A stretch of DNA of 13,114 bases from a virus (taxonomy: Duplodnaviria; Heunggongvirae; Uroviricota; Caudoviricetes): IMG/VR virus record IMGVR_UViG_3300030021_000027; one strand, 5' to 3'. This document shows positions 8,224 through 13,114 of this stretch, one piece after another (the stretch's first letter is position 1; the number at the start of each line of letters is the position of its first letter). The notes beneath the pieces were generated by a model. The model was not told the DNA's origin, made no database searches, and was given only the letters and a program-made list of their open reading frames with translations. The position numbers were made by a program, and so were the translations under genes.

Positions 8224-8439
8224 TCATCGTTCCTTAAAGACGCCGTTTAACATGCCGATTGCCAGGCTTAAATGAGTCGGTGTGAATCCCATCAGCGTTA
8301 CCGTTTCGCGGTGCTTCTTCAGTACGCTACGGCAAATGTCATCGACGTTTTTATCCGGAAACTGCTGTCTGGCTTTTTTGATTTCAGAATTAGCCTGACG
8401 GGCAATGCTGCGAAGGGCGTTTTCTTGCTGAGGTGTCAT
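8224..8439 (-). CDS. Lambdoid early-left small ORF (orf61-like), 71 aa from ATG 8439; the track ORF extends to 8505
   Basis: Protein-like translation MTPQQENALRSIARQANSEIKKARQQFPDKNVDDICRSVLKKHRETVTLMGFTPTHLSLAIGMLNGVFKER, directly downstream of orf63 as in lambda. The N-terminal extension from 8505 looks non-coding. Start choice is uncertain. Confidence 0.6.
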   Translation of the reverse strand: MTPQQENALRSIARQANSEIKKARQQFPDKNVDDICRSVLKKHRETVTLMGFTPTHLSLAIGMLNGVFKER

Positions 8440-8515
8440 TGAACAAGCCCCATGTCGGCAAGCATAAGCACACAGAATATGAAGCCCGCTGCCAGAAAAA
8501 TGCATTCAGTGGTTG

Positions 8516-8707
8516 TCATACCTGGTCTCTCTCATCTGCTTCTGCTTTCGCCACCATCATTTCCAGCTTTTGTGAAAGGGATGCGGCTAACGTATGAAAT
8601 TCTTCGTCTGTTTCTACTGGTATTGGCACAAACCTGACTCCAATTTGAGCGAGGCTATGTGCCATCTCGATACACGTTCTTAACTCAACAGGAGATGCTT
8701 TGTGCAT
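8516..8707 (-). CDS. Lambda orf63-like protein, 63 aa
   Basis: Translation MHKASPVELRTCIEMAHSLAQIGVRFVPIPVETDEEFHTLAASLSQKLEMMVAKAEADERDQV, recognised as the lambda early-left orf63 product. G-rich RBS upstream. Confidence 0.85.
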   Translation of the reverse strand: MHKASPVELRTCIEMAHSLAQIGVRFVPIPVETDEEFHTLAASLSQKLEMMVAKAEADERDQV

Positions 8708-8817
8708 ACAGCCCCCCGTTTATTATTTATCTCCTCAGCCAGCCGCTGTGCTTTCAGGGGATTTCTGATAACAGAAAGGCCGGGAAATATCTGGCTGAAA
8801 GAGGGGGTTATTAAGGC

Positions 8818-9180
8818 GTGAATACCTACAGCATCACATTACCCTGGCCTCCGAGCAATAATCGCTATTACCGCCATAATCGCGGGCGCACGCACGTCAG
8901 CGCAGAGGGGCAGGCATACCGCGATAACGTCGCCCGAATCATTAAAAACGCAATGCTGGATATCGGCCTGACTATGCCTGTGAAAATCCGCATTGAGTGC
9001 CACATGCCGGATCGCCGTCGCCGTGACCTGGATAATCTGCAAAAAGCCGCTTTTGACGCACTCACTAAAGCAGGTTTCTGGCTGGATGATGCTCAGGTCG
9101 TTGATTACCGCGTTGTGAAGATGCCTGTTACCAAAGGTGGGAGGCTGGAACTGACCATCACCGAAATGGGGAATGAATGA
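8818..9180 (+). CDS. rusA: Holliday-junction resolvase RusA (crossover junction endodeoxyribonuclease), 120 aa, GTG start
   Basis: Translation [47 protein letters not shown]... is near-identical to E. coli DLP12 RusA by my recall. GAGGGGG RBS upstream. Confidence 0.95.
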   Translation: MNTYSITLPWPPSNNRYYRHNRGRTHVSAEGQAYRDNVARIIKNAMLDIGLTMPVKIRIECHMPDRRRRDLDNLQKAAFDALTKAGFWLDDAQVVDYRVVKMPVTKGGRLELTITEMGNE

Positions 9181-9317
9181 TGTTTGAGTTTAATATGGCA
9201 GAACTTCTTCGCCACCGCTGGGGGCGTCTGCGCTTATATCGTTTCCCCGGTTCTGTTTTGACCGATTACCGAATACTGAAGAATTACGCCAAAACACTGA
9301 CAGGAGCAGGAGTATGA
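9180..9317 (+). CDS. ylcG: Small nin-region protein YlcG-like, 45 aa; not in the supplied ORF track
   Basis: My own translation gives [45 protein letters not shown]. Its start overlaps the rusA stop (TGATG arrangement), conserved with DLP12 rusA-ylcG. Confidence 0.75.
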   Translation: MFEFNMAELLRHRWGRLRLYRFPGSVLTDYRILKNYAKTLTGAGV

Positions 9318-9402
9318 AGTCAGAGATAACAATCAACTAATACTGTTTTGTTGATTTTTGCTTGTAATTGGCGTTCTGGTCTGAGTTTTGTGGAGTAAGT
9401 TG

Positions 9403-9780
9403 ATGCGTGATATTCAGATGGTTCTTGAGCGTTGGGGAGCGTGGGCGGCTAATAATCATGAAGATGTGACCTGGTCGTCCATTGCCGCCGGTTTTAAGGG
9501 ATTAATTCCTTCAAAAGTAAAATCTCGCCCACAATGTTGTGACGATGACGCGATGATCATTTGCGGGTGCATGGCCCGTCTGAAAAAGAACAACAGCGAT
9601 TTGCATGATTTATTGGTGGACTATTATGTCGGCGGCATGACTTTTATGGCGCTTGCACGTAAGCATGGGCGATCTGATTGTTGGGTTGGCAGGATGCTTC
9701 AGAAAGCTGAGGGCGTAGTGGAGGGTATGCTGATGGTGTTGGATCTCCGATTGGAGATGGATGCTGATTGTTCGAAATAA
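9403..9780 (+). CDS. quuD: Q-type late-gene antiterminator (QuuD / phage 21 Q-like), 125 aa from ATG 9403; the track ORF starts at TTG 9388
   Basis: Translation [67 protein letters not shown]..., recognised as DLP12 QuuD-like. GGAG lies 8 nt upstream of the ATG. Confidence 0.85.
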   Translation: MRDIQMVLERWGAWAANNHEDVTWSSIAAGFKGLIPSKVKSRPQCCDDDAMIICGCMARLKKNNSDLHDLLVDYYVGGMTFMALARKHGRSDCWVGRMLQKAEGVVEGMLMVLDLRLEMDADCSK

Positions 9781-9789
9781 TTAAAGGAA

Positions 9790-9875
9790 AAGTTGCTGTC
9801 TGATTGTCATTAGTCTAACATTTTAAATGTTGGAATCGCAACGTAGTTATTATCATATAACAGCTTGTTTCCTGA
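9790..9875 (+). promoter_or_regulatory. Candidate late promoter pR' with Q-utilisation region (exact -35/-10 not resolved)
   Basis: Immediately downstream of the Q gene. Sigma70-like hexamers present (TTGCTG, 17 nt, TAACAT; alternatively TTGGAA ... TATCAT). 15-bp inverted repeat AACATTTTAAATGTT. Followed by a strong terminator, as for lambdoid pR'-tR'. Confidence 0.4.
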
Positions 9876-9880
9876 TTTAG

Positions 9881-9907
9881 CCAGCCTCCCCAAAGGCTGG
9901 TTTTTTT
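9881..9907 (+). terminator. Strong rho-independent terminator (tR'-like) downstream of the Q gene
   Basis: CCAGCCT-CCCCAA-AGGCTGG perfect 7-bp stem followed by a run of seven T. Confidence 0.8.
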
Positions 9908-9935
9908 CTAATAAGTATTATTTCGGGTAGGGATT

Positions 9936-10460
9936 TTATTGTTTAACCCATAATAATTCATTGACATTGAATCCCAACTTTTGAGCGGTTCGCACATAGT
10001 CTGCTTTTACTTTATCTGGAATAGTTGGGGTCCTTGCCAGAATCCATAGGTATTCTCTGTTCGGACCACTGACAAGAGCATACTTATACTCATCATCCAG
10101 TTTGATTACATTATAGCCACCATAGAAGGGGCCAAAAAACGAAACCTTCAATGCTGCAGTTTTAGTATCTCCAGTAAAGTATGCTTTACCTTCGCTCTCG
10201 CTCCATTTATTTTTCGTTGGATCGTATCCACGGTTAAGTACACGAATCCCTCCGTCGTTCCGTTTTCCATAAGTAGCGCTGACCTGTTCCAGACCACGTT
10301 CGAACCGGTTCTCGAGGCGAGCTATTTCATACCATTTTCCGAGGTAGCGGTTGGCGTCAAAATTTGTAATCGGCTGCACACCTTTAGGTGGTGTCGGGGC
10401 CTTACATGCTATAAGAGTGAAAGAGAGTGCAATGCCAGTCAACACAGGCCATAACTTCAT
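9936..10460 (-). CDS. Bacterial lipocalin Blc-like outer-membrane lipoprotein, 174 aa
   Basis: Lipoprotein signal MKLWPVLTGIALSFTLIAC (lipobox LIAC). Mature region (FDANRYLGKWYEIARLENRFERGLEQVSATY...KAYFTG...ALKVSFFGPFYGGYNVI...EYLWILARTP) is clearly homologous to E. coli Blc but divergent. Confidence 0.85.
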   Translation of the reverse strand: MKLWPVLTGIALSFTLIACKAPTPPKGVQPITNFDANRYLGKWYEIARLENRFERGLEQVSATYGKRNDGGIRVLNRGYDPTKNKWSESEGKAYFTGDTKTAALKVSFFGPFYGGYNVIKLDDEYKYALVSGPNREYLWILARTPTIPDKVKADYVRTAQKLGFNVNELLWVKQ

Positions 10461-10652
10461 AATAAATCCTGTACTTTTGATAGTTGAGAGTAAGTATGAA
10501 AGATAGATGATTACGACCGATCACTTAAAGAACTTTCATACTATATTAGGAATAGTCCATAACAGAAAAATTGTCAGTGATGACGCCAGAAAGGCAATTT
10601 ATTCCGTGCACTACACAGTTTATGTGTTAATGAATTAGTCAAGGGGGAGAAT

Positions 10653-11612
10653 ATGATAAAAAAACCTGTGATTGGAATCAGCGGTTGTTTGGCCGGTTCT
10701 GCTGTTCGTTTTGATGGTGGTCACAAAAGAGCTGACTTTTTAATGGACAAATTAGTGGAATGGGTAACATTCAGACCAGTATGTCCGGAAATGGCTATAG
10801 GGCTGCCAGTTCCGCGTCCTGCTCTACGTCTTGTGCGCTCGACGCAAGGAAATATACGGATGTGTTTCAGCCACGACCAGAATGAGGATGTGACAGAGAG
10901 AATGACAGAGTTTAGTCGTTCTTATATGGACAAATTAAAGGATGTATCGGGGTTTGTGGTTTGTGCTAAATCTCCCAGCTGTGGCATGGAGCGCGTGCGT
11001 GTCTATGATGAAAATGGTAATCGAGGTCGTAAAGATGGAGTGGGACTATTTACGAGCACTTTGATGGAAAAGTTTTCCTGGCTACCGGTTGAAGAGGATG
11101 GGCGATTACATGATCCAGTGCTTCGTGAGAATTTTGTTGAAAGAGTTTTTGCTTTGCATGAGCTCAATCACCTTTACAAGGAGAAATTATCAAGAAGAGA
11201 GTTATTAGCTTTTCATAGTCGTTATAAGCTTCAGTTGTTGGCGCATAGTCAGGCAGGCTATAAAGATATGGGACCATTTGTGGCTGCAATACACGAGTGG
11301 GCGGACCTTGAATCATACTTTGAGGTGTATCGTGATAAGCTGATGGCGATTCTCAGAAAACCTGCATCACGTAAAAATCACACGAATGTGCTGATGCATA
11401 TACAGGGGTATTTTAGTAACTACTTAAGTACACGCCAGCGTAAAGAGTTGAGCGAGGTTATACTTAACTATCGTTCTGGCACATTACCTCTTCTTGCGCC
11501 GTTGACTCTGCTGAAGCATTATCTGGGTGAGTATCCTAATGATTACTTGCTTACACAGAATTACTTCGATCCCTATCCGGACGAACTGGCTCTAAGACTG
11601 ATGGTAAATTAA
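10653..11612 (+). CDS. DUF523 (TudS-like thiouracil desulfidase fold) / DUF1722 (YbgA-like) fusion protein, 319 aa
   Basis: N-terminus MIKKPVIGISGCLAGSAVRFDGGHKR with conserved Cys residues typical of DUF523. The C-terminal half resembles YbgA-type DUF1722. Strong RBS AAGGGGGAG. Family assignment is from memory, not a search. Confidence 0.8.
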   Translation: MIKKPVIGISGCLAGSAVRFDGGHKRADFLMDKLVEWVTFRPVCPEMAIGLPVPRPALRLVRSTQGNIRMCFSHDQNEDVTERMTEFSRSYMDKLKDVSGFVVCAKSPSCGMERVRVYDENGNRGRKDGVGLFTSTLMEKFSWLPVEEDGRLHDPVLRENFVERVFALHELNHLYKEKLSRRELLAFHSRYKLQLLAHSQAGYKDMGPFVAAIHEWADLESYFEVYRDKLMAILRKPASRKNHTNVLMHIQGYFSNYLSTRQRKELSEVILNYRSGTLPLLAPLTLLKHYLGEYPNDYLLTQNYFDPYPDELALRLMVN

Positions 11613-11963
11613 TTGTATGCGATATCATCCAAAAGGATGAGTTCCTGCATGCAGGATATTTACAATCGTAAAAACTACACTATGATACCCAGAGTGTCAG
11701 TTTGTATAAAAACTCTGTTTACGCTGAAGAAACAATTGAGATGCAACTTAAAGTTGGTAAACATGCCAGTCAAAATATATAATATTATGATTCCACGCAG
11801 CTATATATAATATAACGGATTGGTTTAATAATTTGTCTTTGTGAGTTAAATACATAATTTTATACTTGTGATGCAATGAAATTTTCCTTATTGTTGAACT
11901 GGCGAATATTGATTTTCCACCTATACTTACCTGGTGTAACCCCAATGATATCAGGTGGATAAT

Positions 11964-12695
11964 ATGCCATACATATGTTCTATCATTTTGGTGTTGAACT
12001 CGTTTGATGTCCGAATTGGTAAAGAAGATATTTTGTTTAAAAAAGGAAGTGCTGTTCTCATTGATTACAATTTAAAAGATTTTTTTTCATCAAATATAGA
12101 TCATGTAATGATCGTAGATGTTGAAGAGAAAACAGTTAATGATTTCTTTAAAAGCAACACACTCTCACCTTTTTCTGTAAGAAGGTTTTATCCGGCATAC
12201 TTGATGGTGGAATGTGAAGATTTTTCATTGTTAAAGAACTTGATTGCATGCTTGAATTGTGATGGCAGAACTGTGGATTTTGTTAGAAATCAAATATCAC
12301 TTGCATGTCTTGCTATCTTATCTTCAGAGAAAATAGTGCAAAGTTTTTTATTTGGATGTCTTAATAGTTTAGGAAGTAAAGTTAAGGCTATTATTCACAC
12401 GGATATATCTGCAGCATGGAGACTTTGTGATATATCTTCAAGACTGTATCTGAGTGAAAGTCTGTTAAAAAGAAAATTAAAGCACGAAGGCTTATCATTT
12501 AGTAAGTTAATTCTTGAAGAGCGAATGGTGATGGCGGAAAGGTTATTAAGCTACAATTTATATTCTGTTGGAAAAGTTGCTGAGATATGCGGTTATGAAA
12601 ACACGTCATATTTTGTAAGTGTTTTCAGAAGGTATTTTGGTGTTCCTCCCCATCAATATTCATCAAGATTTTTTTTAGAAAAAGACATGATGTAA
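11964..12695 (+). CDS. AraC-family transcriptional regulator, AppY/EnvY-like, about 243 aa (the track ORF starts at GTG 11955)
   Basis: N-terminus MPYICSIILVLNSFDV resembles AppY (MDYVCSVVFICQSFDL). C-terminal AraC-type helix-turn-helix (ICGYENTSYFVSVFRRYFGVPPHQY). AGGTGG RBS upstream. Preceded by a 340-bp extremely AT-rich region. Confidence 0.85.
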   Translation: MPYICSIILVLNSFDVRIGKEDILFKKGSAVLIDYNLKDFFSSNIDHVMIVDVEEKTVNDFFKSNTLSPFSVRRFYPAYLMVECEDFSLLKNLIACLNCDGRTVDFVRNQISLACLAILSSEKIVQSFLFGCLNSLGSKVKAIIHTDISAAWRLCDISSRLYLSESLLKRKLKHEGLSFSKLILEERMVMAERLLSYNLYSVGKVAEICGYENTSYFVSVFRRYFGVPPHQYSSRFFLEKDMM

Positions 12696-12882
12696 CGTGA
12701 TGCGTTTTAATGATTTTGTAATTTTCGTATTTGATAATTGTATGATGCTTTCAGCTACGCCAGAATAATCGCGGCGTTTTTCTTTTTGAATAGATGTTCA
12801 AGCCTTACGCTAATGTAACTTCTATACCTTTCCTCTTCGTTCCGAACCGTGTACACCATCCGTTATTTGCGGAGGTGAGGCT

Positions 12883-13098
12883 ATGAAATCCATGGATAAG
12901 TTAACAACGGGCATTGCCTACGGCACCTCCGCAGGCAGTGCTGGCTACTGGTTTTTACAGTTGCTCGATAAAGTCACGCCCTCACAGTGGGCAGCAATAG
13001 GTGTGCTGGGTAGCTTGGTATTTGGCCTGCTGACGTACCTGACAAACCTTTATTTCAAGATTAAAGAAGATAAGCGCAAGGCTGCGAGAGGTGAATAA
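12883..13098 (+). CDS. essD: Phage-21-type class II holin (pinholin S21 / EssD-like) with dual-start motif, 71 aa
   Basis: Translation [71 protein letters not shown]. Met1 and Met4 are separated by Lys-Ser (antiholin/holin dual start). GGAGG RBS. Confidence 0.9.
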   Translation: MKSMDKLTTGIAYGTSAGSAGYWFLQLLDKVTPSQWAAIGVLGSLVFGLLTYLTNLYFKIKEDKRKAARGE

Positions 13099-13114
13099 TG
13101 CCTCCATCATTACG
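13098..13114 (+). CDS. rrrD: 5' end of endolysin gene (SAR-endolysin R21 / RrrD-like), truncated by the window edge
   Basis: ATG overlaps the holin stop (TAATG). The first codons MPPSL match the N-terminus of phage 21 / DLP12 lysozyme. Only 17 nt are visible. Confidence 0.5.

Larger units (their letters stand above)
3995..13114. mobile_element. Lambdoid prophage (left end at attL; continues past the right edge of the window), mosaic and internally deleted
   Basis: attL, int, xis and early-left ORFs, then nin-region genes rusA-ylcG-Q, a late promoter region and the start of a lysis cassette. No exo/bet/gam, N, cI/cro or O/P genes are present in the window. Confidence 0.9.

Noticed and set aside
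8452-9065. Plus-strand 61-aa ORF opposite orf61/orf63 and two minus-strand ORFs (67, 65 aa) inside rusA
   Set aside because: Antisense to recognised genes.
11613-11945. Two 65-aa ORFs in the AT-rich region upstream of the AraC regulator
   Set aside because: Extremely AT-rich, low-complexity translations with no RBS; more likely a promoter/H-NS-bound regulatory region.
12696-12882. Possible tRNA gene or second late promoter between the AraC gene and the holin (by analogy with Stx phages)
   Set aside because: No tRNA-like T-arm (GTTCGAATC-type) or acceptor pairing seen, and only a weak 5-bp hairpin with a T-run (about 12751-12780). Nothing I could support as a feature.

Overview
The window reads as Escherichia coli chromosome at the phage lambda attachment locus, followed by a lambdoid prophage. 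Host part: an ERIC-like palindromic repeat, ybhJ (aconitase-family, +), a REP/BIME cluster, and ybhC (lipoprotein pectinesterase-like, -). At about 4009-4023 the 15-bp lambda att core (GCTTTTTTATACTAA) is joined to a lambda P' arm, giving an attL junction. Prophage part, in order: lambda-type int and xis; an early-left accessory region (orf55-like small ORF, a terminator-bounded two-gene cassette of unknown function, a secreted Cys-rich protein, a gene interrupted by an in-frame TGA, a TraR/DksA-like zinc-finger protein, orf61-like and orf63-like ORFs); an abrupt switch to nin-region genes on the opposite strand (rusA, ylcG, Q-type antiterminator); a pR'/tR'-like late promoter-terminator region; a roughly 3 kb AT-rich cargo block (Blc-like lipocalin lipoprotein, DUF523-DUF1722 TudS-like protein, AppY-like AraC regulator); and the start of a phage-21/DLP12-type lysis cassette (dual-start pinholin, first codons of an endolysin). 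No recombination (exo/bet/gam), immunity or replication genes lie between orf63 and rusA, so this looks like a mosaic, internally deleted prophage. The best candidates for undescribed biology are the two-gene cassette at 5654-6449 and the cargo block between Q and the holin. All protein identities rest on my recognition of the translated sequences; no database search was run.
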